From Octopus sinensis (Eukaryota): a DNA stretch of 64,000 nt. Position 1 is the first letter of the stretch; every line of letters starts with the position of its first letter. The stretch lies in contig NC_043016.1 in NCBI RefSeq assembly GCF_006345805.1, forward strand, positions 28,892,001-28,956,000. The letters run 5' to 3'. Below are positions 13,156 to 26,748 of the stretch, piece after piece. The notes below the pieces were generated by a model, which was not told the DNA's origin, did no database searches, and saw only the letters and a program-made list of their open reading frames with translations. The position numbers and the translations under genes were made by a program.

Positions 13156-13245
13156 GCCTTAGACAGCTTTTTACTTGTTTTTACACAACAAGGAAATATT
13201 CTTTATGCCTCTGAGAGCATAACATCACTTGTTGGCCATTTACCG
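13156..13245 (+). CDS. Clock: Clock coding exon, PAS-A
   Basis: tttacAG acceptor; CCG|GTAATG donor. ALDSFLLVFTQQGNILYASESITSLVGHLP matches CLOCK ALDGF...SESVTSLLxHLP. 90 nt, phase 0 to 0. Confidence 0.95.
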
Positions 13246-13339
13246 GTAATGTATTTCAATATTATTTCTAATCTACTTTTTATCTATGTGATTGTTCACA
13301 CACACACACACACACACACATTTATGTTACAACGCATGC

Positions 13340-14450
13340 TCTAACACATACACATGTATGCATATGCAATGCCCACATCTCACTACCATGAGGTATTGCA
13401 GTTTGTACATATGCAACATACAATCTGCCCCTTGCTCAAAGAGAGAATCCCCTCATTACCTGCAGAGATGGCAGTCCCTTGAGGTTTTCTTACTCTTTGT
13501 CCTGGCTACTATATTTTCTGAATGCCCTTCTCCACTGCTAATTAGGTCTCCAAGGTAAGAGTAGTTGTCCATTACTTCTATATAGTCTTTCAGGTTTTGA
13601 AAAGAATCCATTTCATGGCTATTCTGACTGCTAACTACTCTTGTAAATCCAGATACACTGTCTTTATTTACCATCAGTTTGAATGTGATCTTTGTACAAC
13701 TTCTTTGCCTGATTAGTTTGCACTGTATACATTATATGAAGATCCTACCTACTCCTTTTCTGCACATCAGGCACAGTTATTTCTCTGATGACAACAGGGG
13801 GCTGTTTTCTCTGCTACTTATTTCAATTTCAGTTTTCCCTAAGTTTACTCTAAGGCTTTTTGATTCTAGAATTTATACGCACATTTTGACTCTGTTTTGA
13901 TAACTAATACTTCAGCGTATAGGAATTCTCATGAACTGTCTTAAATTCCTTTGAGTAGACTGCAATAAATACGAACAGGTTGTGAACCAAACCTTAGTGA
14001 ACATCTAACTGCACATTAAAATCAGCTCTGAACTCCTTGTCAAATCTTTTTGCCAGCTTCATCTGTAAATGGCTTGCACTACTCTCACAAACATTTATCT
14101 TAAGGGCTGCCAGATTATACCTCATTTACCCTATCAAAGACATTCTCCAGATAAACAAGTACTTGATATAATGGTTCTCTCTTAGCTAAAAACTTCTCTT
14201 GTAGTTGTCTATAAAGAGTGCCTCAGTGGTATCCTGATTTGGCATTAATCTCATCTAAGTTTTGTAATCATATGAAAACTTTTTTTTATTGTTTTCATAA
14301 CTTGGTTCATCATTTGATACCTCTGTAATTGCTTCTTTCCAAAATATTTTGTTCTTTTTTTTTTTCATTTGTTTGATTACATGGGAGACTAGATCCAGCA
14401 GTCAGATCTTTTTAGTATCACAAGCTACTGCATCTGATAGATATTGTTGC
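13340..14450 (-). mobile_element. Degraded RTE-LINE ORF2 relic
   Basis: IEVMDNYSYLGDLISSGEGHSENIVART is homologous to LEVVDSFRYLGDQVSSGGGCAESITAR of the younger RTE copies. Boundaries approximate. Confidence 0.6.
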
Positions 14451-15020
14451 TTTCCCAGTCTTTATAATCATTAATAGTCATTTTGACCATATAACTGTTC
14501 ATTTCAATAGCTACTCCCTCTATTCAGCAGATCTCCCTCCTACACATTTCTCACATCCTCATAATCACACTTCCAATCCTCTTTCTGGTCATTGTTACTT
14601 GAGGGTGAATATATCACTGTTATTTTGGACGCACATTTCCCCACAGGCTTTGTCTTAATTTTACCTGACCTACTGCTTCACAATCCAGAGCACCTCATAC
14701 TGCTTATTCTCTCATCACAAAATTCTGGCAAACTTCCTGCTTTCTGTTTCTCTTTCTGCTTTGTATGTTTGTCACAGAGCTCCTCTCAAACAAGTAAATA
14801 ATAATATTTGCTACACACTTTCCTCCAATACAACTACGACTATCTTTCAACAATTATGGCCCTAACAACAGTGTTACTGCACTACCATGTTACCTTATGT
14901 ATGGCTGATATTGTTGTCCAGCCACAAAACTAGTCTGTAACATTCAGTGTATGTCATAAAAACACCCAGTTGTCCTCTGTGTTGTAACTTTTTATCTCCT
15001 TTTCTTCCTTTCTATCATAC

Positions 15021-15111
15021 TGTGGGATGACGTCAGCAGCGGGGTGCGTTGACCCGACACTGGGGGAACTGGTACGTGCCCAAGACGAAATGCGGGACCC
15101 GTCATCCCACA
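15021..15111. mobile_element. 91-bp TGT...ACA element with 12-bp terminal inverted repeats and 5-bp TSD (solo-LTR-like or Ginger-type MITE)
   Basis: TGTGGGATGACG (15021-32) and CGTCATCCCACA (15100-11). CATAC on both flanks (15016-20, 15112-16). 63% GC with 8 CpG. Confidence 0.8.
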
Positions 15112-15129
15112 CATACATGTCATCTAGAG

Positions 15130-15816
15130 CAGTGCTTCTCAAACTATCTGAAGTGGCATACCAGCATTTTTTTTTTCCAATGTGCCAGGGACCAGTAATA
15201 TTTCTTAGTAATATTAATTTATATTGGAAACAATATACTCTACTCTTTACTCTTTTACTTGACTGCGGCCATGCTGGAGCACTGCCATTAGTCGAGCAAA
15301 TCGACCCAGGTCTTATTCTTTGTAAGCCCAGTACTTATTCTATCGGTCTCTTTTGCACAACTGCTAAGTTAGGGGGATGTAGACACACCAGCATCGGTTG
15401 TCAAGTAATGTTGGGGGAACAAACACAGACACACATATATATACATATACATATATATGACGGGCTTCTTTCAGTTTCCGTCTACCAAATCCACTTACAA
15501 AGCTTTGGTCGGCCCGAGGCTATAGTAGAAGACACTTGCTCGAGGTGCCACACAGTGGGGATGAACCCAGAACCATGTGATTGGTAAGCAAGCTATTTAC
15601 CACACAGCCACTCCTGCGCCAATATATATAATGAATATAATAAAAATTGACCATTTTTTTTATTATACATTTATTTTGTAAACAAATGATACAATATTAC
15701 ATTATAAAATATAATGTTTCTTTCTTTTCTGCCGTGTACTGGCAGCTGATGGCTCACGGACCAGCACAGTCTGCAGACCAGCACCGGTCTGTGGACCACC
15801 ACTTTGAGAAACACTG
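15130..15816. mobile_element. hAT/Charlie-type MITE with a nested family-A SINE (15238-15620, minus strand)
   Basis: TIRs CAGTGCTTCTCAAA and TTTGAGAAACACTG. 8-bp flanks ATCTAGAG and ACCTAGAA resemble the Charlie nTCTAGAn target. Confidence 0.8.
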
Positions 15817-15983
15817 ACCTAGAATAGTTTTGAAAGATATATTGGTTTATCAGAAAGATATATCGGTTTCCATACTTTCCATCTCCAGAATGTCTTTGAA
15901 CTCTCAGTTTGTTTAGCTCTTATTCTGAAGTTACTAATCAGTAGCTAATGTCTGTTTGTATAGTCTTTATACACACATTTACA

Positions 15984-16022
<39 letters not shown>

Positions 16023-16102
16023 TGTAGTACCATCAAGATTGGATCTTCTGTCATTGTGGATTGTTTTTGTATTTTGCTAGTCAGCAAGTTGACCAATATT
16101 AA

Positions 16103-16316
16103 CCCTTTCGTTACCGTATTTATTTTGAGATGCTCTGTGTTTCTTTCAATTATTTTAAATATAACAAAGAATTTAGTAAAATAACTTAGTTATGATTAAT
16201 CTAGTGTTAGGAACATAAATTGTGACTAAGGTTTGGTGGAAGATTTTAATTCAATACTTATGAAAACAAGACATTTTACCACAGAGCCGGTTTTGGCCGG
16301 GTTAGTAACAAAAGGG
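16103..16316. mobile_element. piggyBac-type MITE
   Basis: TTAA|CCCTTTCGTTAC...GTAACAAAAGGG|TTAA. Internal sequence recurs at about 3350-3560 and 34020-34100. Confidence 0.85.
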
Positions 16317-16594
16317 TTAATCAGTGTAACTCTCTCACTGCCTCTTTTCTCTAAAACAGAGAAGCGAAATAGCTTGTGTTCAACATTTTGTGTGTAATGT
16401 GAAAAAAAAAAAAATTACTTCTTACATCATGCATTTATATTTTGAATGGCCGTGGCTGATGCCATGAACAACAGCAACACCTTATTATTACATTAGCACT
16501 GTTTCAATTTCATATTTGACAATATTTTCTATTTCTGTTTATATTAATGTTATTTTTTTCTTCTTCTCTTTTTTGCTTTCATTTTTTTACAAAG

Positions 16595-16715
16595 ACTGAT
16601 TTGGTTAATCGCTCTTTGTACGATTTTGTCCATGTTACTGAGAGAACCAGCCTAAACAATCTGTTATTATCATATCAACAAATATCTGCCAGTAGTATAC
16701 AGGATTTTGAGAAAG
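16595..16715 (+). CDS. Clock: Clock coding exon, PAS-A
   Basis: ttttacaaAG acceptor; AAG|GTAAAT donor. TDLVNRSLYDFVHVTERTSLNNLLLSYQQISASSIQDFEK aligns with CLOCK SDLVDQSIFNFI. 121 nt, phase 0 to 1, consistent with both neighbours. Confidence 0.9.
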
Positions 16716-16854
16716 GTAAATTTTATTATGCTTTTTGTTTTTTACCGACATCTCACAGTTTACCAATATTTTATCAGTGGTTAAAGTGGTGAGCTGGCAG
16801 AATTGTCAGCACATCAGGCATAATGCTTAGTGGCATTTTGTCCGTCTGTATGTT

Positions 16855-17415
16855 CATCATCGTCATCGTTTAACGTCTGTTTTCCATGCTGGCATGGGTT
16901 GGACCGTTTGACTGAGGACTGGTGAGCCAGAAGGCTGCACCAGGCTCCGATCTGATCTGGCAAGGTTTCTACAACTTGATGTCCTTCCTAATGCCAACCA
17001 CTCTGGGAGTACCGTGGGTGCTTTTTATGTGCCATTGGCACAGGAGCTGGTCAGAGGTCACTGGCATCGACGACATTCGGATGGTGCTTTTTACAAGGAG
17101 CCAGTCAGGTGGCACTGGCATTGACCCGCACTTAAATGGTGCTTATTATGGGCCACAACTACAATTTCACTTGGTCTTCTCAAGCATGACGTATTGACCG
17201 ACGATTCGAGGGTACTTTAAATTTGCTGGTTATGTGACACTGGTATAGGCCACGGCTGCGATCTCACTTTATTTGCCGGGTCTTCTCAAGCACAGCATAT
17301 CTCCAAAGGTCTTGGTCTCTTATCATTGCCTCTGTGAGGCCCAACATTTGAAGGTCATGCTTCACCACCTCATCCCATGCCTTCCTGGGTCCACCTTTTC
17401 CACAGGTTCCTTCCA
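16855..17415 (-). mobile_element. 5'-truncated RTE-LINE 3' end
   Basis: (CAT)n tail, the shared 3' UTR, and an ORF2 C-terminal remnant at 17330-17415 homologous to 50220-50300. Confidence 0.75.
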
Positions 17416-17721
17416 TCGAGGTTGACTTTGCCTTTCATCCTTTCAGGATCAATAAAATAAGTACCAGTTGAACACTGGAGTTGATGTGATCGACTTACCC
17501 ACCCCCCAAAAAAATTGCTGGCTTTGTGCCAAAATTTGAAACTAATATTTTATCAGTGGTTCTACATACTTCAAGTTACAGTTCTCTCTCTCTCACACAC
17601 CCACACACTCTCATATGCTCTGTCTCTATATGTGTGTGTGTATGTGGCGGGGTACATGAGTGAGTGGACAAATGAAAGAAGGAGACACTCAGCACATTAA
17701 GTAGGTGTTATATGTATGTAT

Positions 17722-17753
<32 letters not shown>

Positions 17754-18214
17754 TAAAACAGATTGATTCTACCCAATGAAACTTAAAGCTTCATAGGCTC
17801 ATTATAATTATAATTCGTTATATTTCAGCACTGATTATTATTCTACTTGTTCTCACCCGTCTTCATTTATATGTTTAAACAACCCTATATATAGAAAAAA
17901 AAAAAGAAAAAAAAAAGAAAAAAAATATAAAAATATTTTAAGTTAATGAGACAATGTTATGAAAATCAGTAAATTTTTACATTGAACAAGAAATGACTAA
18001 GATGCATGTAATTTCAATGGGACCTGCAGGTACTTAATAATCTGGGTATGAATAATGTATGTCTGAATTACATTTAGTCTTATGACATTTGGTGGAAATA
18101 CAAGTGAATTTTATTAAGAAGTTTTAGAGGTTTTTCTGTTGAATTGAAGAATCAGTAGAATTTCAAGTTTCTGGAAATAGATGAGAAAACACTGAAGTTT
18201 ATAGTAACAATATA

Positions 18215-19007
18215 TTCTTTTATTCTTTTATTTGTTTCAGTCGTTTGACTGTGGCCATGCTGGAGCGCCACATTTTAGTTGAAGAAATCAACCCCCAGGA
18301 CTTATTCTTTGTAAGCCTGGTACTTTATCCTATTAGTCTGTTTTGCTGAACCGCTAAGTTATGGGGATGTAAGCACACCAACATCAGTTGTCAAAAAATG
18401 GTGGGTGGGGTGGGTCAGACACAAAGAACCCCCCCCCCACACACACATGATGGGCTTCTTTTAGTTTCCATCTACCAAATCCACTCTGGTTGACCTGAGA
18501 CTATAGTAGAAGACACTTGCCCAAGGTGCCATGCAGTGGGACTAAACCCAGAACTATGTGGTTGGGAAACAAGCGTCTTATCATACAGCCATACCTACGC
18601 ATATATACTCTCTCTCTTTTACTCTTTTACTTGTTTCAGTCATTTGACTGTGGCCATGCTGGAGCATGGGCTTTAGTCGAGCAAATCGACCCCAGAGCTT
18701 ATTCTTTGTAAGCCTAGTACTTATTCTATCGGCTGTTTTGCCGAACCATTAAGTTACAGGGACATAAACACACCAGCATCGGTTGTCAAGCAATGTTGCA
18801 GGGACAAACACAAACACACAAATATATACATATATATACGTATATGATGGGCTTCTTCCAGTTTCCGTCTACCAAATCCACTCACAAGGCTTTGGTCGGC
18901 CTGAAGCTATAGTAAAAGACACTTGCCCAAAGTGCCACGCAGTGGAACTGAACCCAGGACTATGTGGTTGGTAAGCAAGCTACTTACCACACAGTTACTC
19001 CTCTGCC
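18215..19007 (-). mobile_element. Two tandem family-A SINEs (18215-18600 and 18615-19007)
   Basis: Each is the reverse complement of 10745-11124. Confidence 0.82.
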
Positions 19008-19039
19008 ATATATATATATATAAATGACAAAACAGACTC

Positions 19040-20190
19040 CAGTGAGGCTGGTTTTGTTCTGCCAGCAAGACTTATGATAGTAAAACTGATAAACATGAGT
19101 ACAACAACCTTGTTATGAGGAGTGGAAACTGCAGTGTTTTGGATACATCGCTCCTTCAGGGGAAATGTTGAAAGGAGAGATAGCAGTTTATCAGTTGAAC
19201 ATCCTCTGTTCAACTGATAAAGAACATAGCACCACTTGAGGGATGTAATGGCCCATAGTATTGAAGTGGGTGGTGACAGGTTGGCCTAACATGCATAGTA
19301 GTATACTTTGAATATGCTACCAAAAGCAATCAACAAGGTGTGAGACTGTTTCCCCAATGTAAAAGGTGTAGCAAAGTTTACATATGGTGGAATGTATAAG
19401 GTTAGATGATGTTGTGTCTTCGGTCCAGTGTTGATAGTGGTTTGTTAATATAGGGACAGGTGTTGCATCATCAGCAAACACATTAAAAAGTGCCCAGTTG
19501 TGTGGAGCTGGATGCTGTGGATCTTATTACTAGGAAATTTCTAAGGTTCTTATCTTTTTATCTGATAAGGTTCTTATCAGTGAGGAGAGTGTGTGTAAGA
19601 AAGATAAGAGTGATTCTGGGGTCAGAAAGTAGAACACAAAAGTCGCAAATGAGTTTATCTTTCAAAGGGAATATTGATGCATGGAAGGCACAAGAGAATG
19701 GAATATGTTCTGTAGACATGCATAAGAACAGTGGAAGAGTGGTGGTGTGGCTAATGGCCTAGCAGAGTGCTGGGTTCACAACTGATCAAGGGTCCAGATC
19801 ATCCCTGTTTCAACAGAATCTTCAGTTTGTTCAGGAGCTTCTTTGTTTCTGTCAAGTGGTTCTCCTTAGCCTTGGCTGTCAGGATTTTCCCCTCATAACT
19901 CTTGAATGAGTGGGGGCAAAAGTTCTCATTCAATACCTGCTTCATAGTGGTGACTTTCAATGCTTGTCTCCCTTAATCAAAGTTTGGATTTCCTTGCTTG
20001 GATCTTCCATCAACTTGTCCTGCAGTTGTTGGATGAATTCCCACATGTGGACACAGTCAGAATACCTGCTTTGTGCCTTCCTGCTGATCACAGCTTTGTA
20101 GTATCCATGGCAGCTGTCCATGTCATATCACAGTGTCCACAGAGTATTAAGCAGCAGTCATAATGTTGGCATTTTGATATCTGGCATGGA
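19040..20190 (-). mobile_element. Penelope-like element relic (linker, Cys motif, GIY-YIG, 3' end)
   Basis: Minus strand: GTF*CVC**CNTCPYIN (PLE Cys linker) and SNLIHSTICKLCYTFYIGETVSHL...HIQSI...PVTTHFNTMGH (GIY-YIG), with many stops. Confidence 0.78.
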
Positions 20191-20758
20191 TCATCATGAT
20201 ATCATCATCATCATCATCATTTAACGTCTGCTTTCCATGCTAGCATGGGTTGGATGGTTCAACTGGGGTCTGGGGAGCCCGAAGGCTGCACCAGGCCAGT
20301 CAGATCTGGCAGTGTTTCTTACTCACCACAACTTTAATCTTTATGCTCTCAGCTGCCATTGACTGTTCACCAATATATCAAGCAGTCCCTCAAAACAAAA
20401 AAAAAAGAGACTTAAAAATCATCAGATTTAGTCCAAACACTCTGTAATTTGACACTCAGAAAATTGGCAAAAGTCTCTAACATTTTGAGCCTATGTTCTA
20501 CTGCAGAAAGGATAGATAAGAGAGAGAAAAACAGTTTTTGGATTTTGTGTGCGTTCATATGTGTGTGTGTGAGATCATTATTTAATGTCTGCTTTCCATG
20601 CTGGCATGAGTTAGATGACTTAACTGGAACTGGTAAGCCGGAGAACTACACTAGGTTCCATTCTGAATTTGGTTTGGTTTCTACAGCTGGTTAAATTCAA
20701 ACTGAAACCTGGTGTAGCTCTTTAGTTTACCAGTTCCAGTTAAGCCTTCTAACCCATG

Positions 20759-20797
<39 letters not shown>

Positions 20798-21455
20798 AAG
20801 TCATCTACAGGCCACAAAAATAAACTGCTTATATTTTCTTGAAACTCATTCATAGCACTTCATTATTATTATAATACCTCTCAAGCGAAATCACCATGTC
20901 TTAGTGCGATAAGGTTGGATCTTTGAATTATTGACAATCCATCTGATGAGCTTCCACGCTGTTTCCATATCTCTGATTCCACAAGAAGCATTGGGTTAAT
21001 AAGAGGCTTTGGTAAATGGCTTTTGACCATGATGATATCAAAACCTAGGACCTCGTGGTTGTGAAGTAGAATGTTAAACCTTCACACACAACTATCCAAT
21101 GTACACACAAACACAATATGCATTCCTGTTTAATAGTTGTTAAACTAGTAGGTGTGAAAAAAAGAAAAAAATTTTTGTTTCATTATTGTTTTCACTTTCT
21201 TGCTAAACCTGTCTAATAGATTCAGTTATAATGCCACATTGCAGTCACCACAATCACTAGAACTACAGCCTACAACCACCACCACCACCACTGTGGTTTC
21301 CAACTCTACAACCACCACTATGGCTACCTCAAATTTCATCAACTCTTTGTCAATGTGGATGACAAGTGTATTTTTTGTCTTTTTTTTCCTTTTATTCTAC
21401 ACTTTGTACTCGGGATTTATTGGATATATGCAGATGTATGTAGATACCTAGATAG

Positions 21456-21501
<46 letters not shown>

Positions 21502-21593
21502 GGAGAGATGTGTCTGTATATTCTGTATATATGACCTTGTAAGAAAGAGCCAGACATAAAAATTGAAGAGGAGGTGGTGGTGGTGTGTGTGTG

Positions 21594-21663
<70 letters not shown>

Positions 21664-22394
21664 ATAGCAGAAGGAAGAGAGGCAAAGACACTTTTTAACC
21701 TTGAAAAGTTACTAAATTCAATTTTAGAAAATTTCCCATGATTCATGATTGATAATCAATGACCTAGGTGGAATACATTTTAGATAAGTTTGTTTCTAAA
21801 AATGATATGTCATTATCATCATTGACATCACCACAATCACTACACCACCACCACCCCACCACCAATGCTATCATCATCAGCAGAAATAGCAGACAGAGGT
21901 TTATTGTTAAAAACGGTCAGGTCTTACCTAGCTGTAAGAAGGTATGACAGTGTGATATAGTTCAGTGTACTCTCCATGACCAACACACTGAACTGTCAAC
22001 AGTCCAGTCTGCCTAGTTGTAAGTAGGTAACACAGTGTGGTACATTTAACTGTGGGCATGTATCTGTAAATAGATTCCAATATGTAGGATAGTTGAATAA
22101 TATCCCCGATAAAATTTAATATGTAAATATTGTTTACATCATATGAATTTAGAAACTTAGAAATGAAATAAATTGTTTTTGATGGTGAAATGCACAGTAA
22201 TTGAAACTATAGATAAGAACATATAAATATTGAGTTAAAAAAAACCTTTTTGGATAGTTGAAGGCTACCTATGGGACTCTAACCTACATTTTCTGTAACC
22301 ATGACTGATGTTCTACTACTGGACCAAAGCAATCTATTGAATTTCAGCACATGCATGTATGCACACACACACACACAACACACACACACACACA

Positions 22395-22425
<31 letters not shown>

Positions 22426-24281
22426 CACAGATGTACTGCTACATCTAAGAAAGCTAGAACTCAGCTCGGTGAATAATTATTTTGGGTATTGTAAGGTCCA
22501 GTGCCTCACTCAATGACCAGCTGGAATCTTTAAATAAGACCAAAGATTCTCAGCTTGGGATTATACTGCTGGTCTCTGTGAGGAACTGAACTTTCTGACT
22601 CCCGGATTATACAACAGTGGTGGTGGTGGTGGTGGTGGTGGTCATGTTTTCATATTTGCTTACCATACTGGCATACGTTGAAATGACAGTAGCCAATTGA
22701 CCAAAGGGCAACGTGTTGCTCCATTGTCTTTTTCTTTTGCTGGATGGCCTTCCTAATGTCAACCACATTATGCGGTGTATTGGAAGATTTTCAGCTGGTA
22801 CCAACATTGGTGAGGTTCTCTTCTAACTCACAAGATTAATGAGAGCTCTCACTTGAGAAGGAGAGTAGAATATAGAATAGGATATTGATTTTATGTTAGG
22901 TGTTGGAGGAGGGGGAGAATTGGAATGGATTTGTTATGGTGGAGGTTCATGGGACGCCTGAAGTGGTGCCCCAAAGAGAGATTAATATGGTGTTGACTAG
23001 GTGCCAGAATGTATCGTCATGAGGATGTGTACAAGAAGAGGAAGAGAAGAGAGTGTAGAGAAAGAAGAAATAAGGATGGTTTGTAAAGTTGCAAGAGGGG
23101 GAGAGCGAGAGTTGGATGTAGTCATGTGACTTTACTACATTCACCTCCTGCATATATATGGCCTGAGGAATGAGTCAGAAGAATGCAGAAGGTGAATGTA
23201 GTGAATGCCACTGCCAATAAATCATCCTTTAACTCTGAACTTTCTAAGGTATATGGAATAAAAAATATTCTGAATTTGGAAAAAGGATTACGTGTTAGTG
23301 ATAGGAAGAGCATCTATCTGTAAAATACAGCCTCAAAAATAAGTGTTTGTCCTACTCAAGCTAACATAGAGAAATAGGAGTAAAAGCAAACAAATAAATG
23401 TATGTGTGTGCGTTTGTGTGGAAATTGATTGGAAGTTTGGAAGAAGTGTCTACTCCAGAATTTTTCTTTAAATAATGAGCTGAATAAATATACTGATTTT
23501 AATTGATAAAGAATAATATAATTTGGCACCTTTCTCCCATGGGTTGCACAATGCCAGCAATTTTATATCTTTCTATTTATCTCAATGCTGTATCATCACT
23601 TCTGTGTGATCACATTTCTTCAAATCAGATCCCTCCCCCCCAATAACCCACAGGAGTCTTCCACCATTGAGCCAATATGGAACTTCTCTACTCAGCCTGC
23701 TAGAAATAGCAGCCCAACAGTTATTAAACTTGCTTATCTTAAAGTACATTGGAGTAGTTGAATGTGGTTTAAACTGCAGAGATACCAATCTACCACTTCC
23801 ACTTTACCGAACTTTCTCAGCCAGCATGTCTCACGTTAGATATTGAAACACAAGTTGTTATTAACCCTGGAACTCACTCAGAGTAGATAAAGCAACAAAT
23901 GATAGCATGTATATATTTATATGCTATTGTTTATAGCCAAGTCTAGGGCAGCAAGCTGACAAAATCATCAGACAAAATGCTTAGCAGTATTTCATCCATC
24001 TTTTTATTCTGAGTTGAAAATTCTGCCGAGGTCATTTTTGCCTTTCATTCTTTTGGAATTAATAGAATAAGGAACCAGTTGAGCATTGGGGTTCAGTCTT
24101 CCTCAAAATTCCTGACCTTGTGCCAAAATTTGAAACCATTATTTATTGCTAAGCCTACTTTGGGTTCTACCGTTAAAAATGAATGTTTTTCACATCTCAC
24201 AAAATTTCCAAGTTCTTATGATGTAAAGAAATACAAGTTTATGTCATTTATGTTTTTTTATTATTCTTTATATAATTTCAG

Positions 24282-24398
24282 ATGAGAACCAAGTGTCCTT
24301 CATGTGTCATTTACAAAGAGGCACTGCCATACCAGCGGCTGTCGTTGTCTACGAATATGTGAAGGTTACTGGCAATTTTAGAAAATGGACAGATTGTG
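24282..24398 (+). CDS. Clock: Clock coding exon, end of PAS-A
   Basis: atttcAG acceptor; GTG|GTGAGT donor. (D)ENQVSFMCHLQRGTAIPAAVVVYEYVKVTGNFRKWTDC matches CLOCK FxCHxxRG...YEYVKFxGNF. 117 nt, phase 1 to 1. Confidence 0.93.
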
Positions 24399-25469
24399 GT
24401 GAGTTCTCTCATTTTCTTTGTTTTATCACCACCAGTTTATTAACCTTCTTTGAAATATCTATGAAACATAGGCACCAATGAGTAAAGTACTTAACTCTTA
24501 CTTATTTCTGCAGCACCACATTAGCAAATGAAAGACAAATCACACCTGGACAGGATGCAAGCCTATCACAAGTTAATTTTTCCCAGAAGTTCTGTTAGCC
24601 ATTAGTCATAAACTGAGCTTGATAAACTGAGTTATACAGAATATAGTGTCCTGCCATGAGACATAACAAACTGCAGGTCTTCACACGCACAACTTCCAAT
24701 AATGTTTTGATCCTCCCCTGTCTTCTCCATTGAACCTCTAAACATTTGCTTGTTTTGCTAGAAATGACAACTATATCTCTTTCAGATCATTTCACACCAT
24801 TTCATATAAGCATTCTTTGGATGATGTAGTCCTGCATATTGAAAAAAATCAGGATGGTCACACCTGGAATGCCTTTAAGCATTTTAAGTCAATCAAGGCT
24901 AGCCTTCCCTGGGATGGAGTGGTGTCCCATCCAAGGTGGGGGGAATGATATATAATATACATTACAGAAAACTACCCTTATGGCTTAGGAAGGATCCTTG
25001 ATCCTTTGAGGGCTTACCTAGCCTAAACAGCATTACCAATTGTCAAATCCAATGACATCACCTAATACTTCTTTGCATTTGTCTTTGGGGGAATTGACTT
25101 CTCTCTTGTCGGTTATGAACATTCTTGCCATGTTGTCTTCATCACCGCCATCACCACTACCATCATAATCATCATTATCATCATTTACCGTCCATATTCC
25201 TTACTTGCATTGGTTGGATGGTTTGACAGGAGTTAGCAAGCTGGAGAGCTGCCAAGACTCCAGTTGTCTGATTTGGCTTGGCTTCTATGGCTGGATGCCC
25301 TTCCTAATGCCAATACTTTACAGAGTGGACTGGGTGCTTTTTATGTGGCACCAACATGAGTGCTTTTTATGTGGCACTAGCACGAGTTCTTTTTACATGG
25401 CATCAGCACAGGTGTTTTTACATGACACCAGCACAGGTGCTTTTTACATGGCACCACCATGGTAGTTCT

Positions 25470-25790
25470 TGATTTTTCTTCAATTTCTTTGTCCATTTGA
25501 AAGCTGTTTTAGACTGTCATTGTTCTGGCAGCCTGAGTATGTTAGTTTTAATTGTTGTTCTGTGAAGATTTCGCTAAATGGTCTTTTATTGGTTTTCTTT
25601 AGAATATCTTCATTGTTTATGTGGTCTTGCCAGTATGTTCTCTCAATCCTTCCCAAGCAGCTTTGGTGGAGCATATATAGCCTTCTGTCAATTTCCACAG
25701 TGCTCTTCCATTGTCTCATCTCACTTCAGCTCTGGGATACCTTAATCAAACATGTTTAAGTTTTTAATCAGATTACATTATCATTTTAAC
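25470..25790 (-). mobile_element. Old LINE (RTE-like) ORF2 C-terminal relic
   Basis: HQSCLGRIERTYWQDHINNEDIL resembles the CLRRILxIxWxDxIxNxE motif. Confidence 0.55.
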
Positions 25791-26325
25791 ATCTACTTTT
25801 CCATGTCTGCATGGGTTCGATGAGAATATTTTGTAGCTGAGTTTCTCTGTAGTCAGATGCTTACTTTTCCTGACACCAAACTACACTTGTTTCCAAGTGA
25901 TCTAATACCCCCCTCCCACCGCCATTGTTTCAAATAACTAACAGCCCAGACACGTTTACACTGAGAGTGTAATGGATGCTTTTATCACAGGCACCGGTGC
26001 CATTTGTGTGACACTGGTGTGCATTTATGTGTCACTAGCATGGGTGCCAATTTGTGTGACACCAGTATCTGCCACAATTGTGATTTTGCTCAACTTGATG
26101 GGTCTTCTTCTCAAGCATGACATAATGCCAAAGGTCTTGGTGAGACCCAACAGTCAAAAGGAACTCAGCCAATTTGCCTCTGTGAGGCCCAACATTCAAA
26201 AGATGTTCTTTACATGCCACCAGCATGGGTGCACTTGGCTTGATGGGTCCTCTCAAGCACAGTACATCACTCCCCCCTCCCCAAGGTCTTGGTCATTGTT
26301 TTATTGTTGCTTTTTTTTATTTCAG

Positions 26326-26524
26326 CCCCGACATTTAACGATGACGGCACGCGGAAATTTTCCAAAGACTTCAACCAGTCAGTGGCTGAAACTGCCTGCT
26401 TTTGTTGTACAGTCCAGCTTCAGCCTTGTCAACTCATCAGAGAAATGTCCAATATTGATGAAACAAAGGCAGAATTCACTTCCAGACACAGCTTTGAGTG
26501 GAAATTTTTATTCCTCGATCACAG
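26326..26524 (+). CDS. Clock: Clock coding exon, PAS-A/B linker and start of PAS-B
   Basis: atttcAG acceptor; CAG|GTAGGT donor. Ends ...LIREMSNIDETKAEFTSRHSFEWKFLFLDH(R), the CLOCK EFTSRHSLEWKFLFLDHR signature. 199 nt, phase 1 to 2. Confidence 0.96.
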
Positions 26525-26748
26525 GTAGGTTAATATTTATAATGGATTGCCATTTTCGATGGGTGTGCAGCACACACCTAACACACCTGGAATACATGCC
26601 TCTGGTCCCAACTTGTTGCATCTAAAACCCCAAACTGTATTCCAAAACTAGCATAGATTAGACAGATTTTAACATTATTTGCGATTAAACATAACTTCAT
26701 AACACATGCAAATAATTTGTATTTCTCTTATTCTCTTTTATTTTGAAG

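Noticed and set aside
15027-15587. 186-aa ORF
   Set aside because: It runs through three unrelated repeats (mini-element, hAT MITE, SINE).
19120-19170. Hammerhead at the 3' end of the Penelope relic (CTGAAGG...AAAAC, ACTGCAGT)
   Set aside because: Both core halves are mutated and the stems are not convincing. Compatible with a decayed motif but not supportable.
25972-26325. 5' parts of ORFs 25972-26625 and 26289-26528 as coding sequence
   Set aside because: Repeat-derived or polypyrimidine intron sequence; only 26326-26524 is exon.
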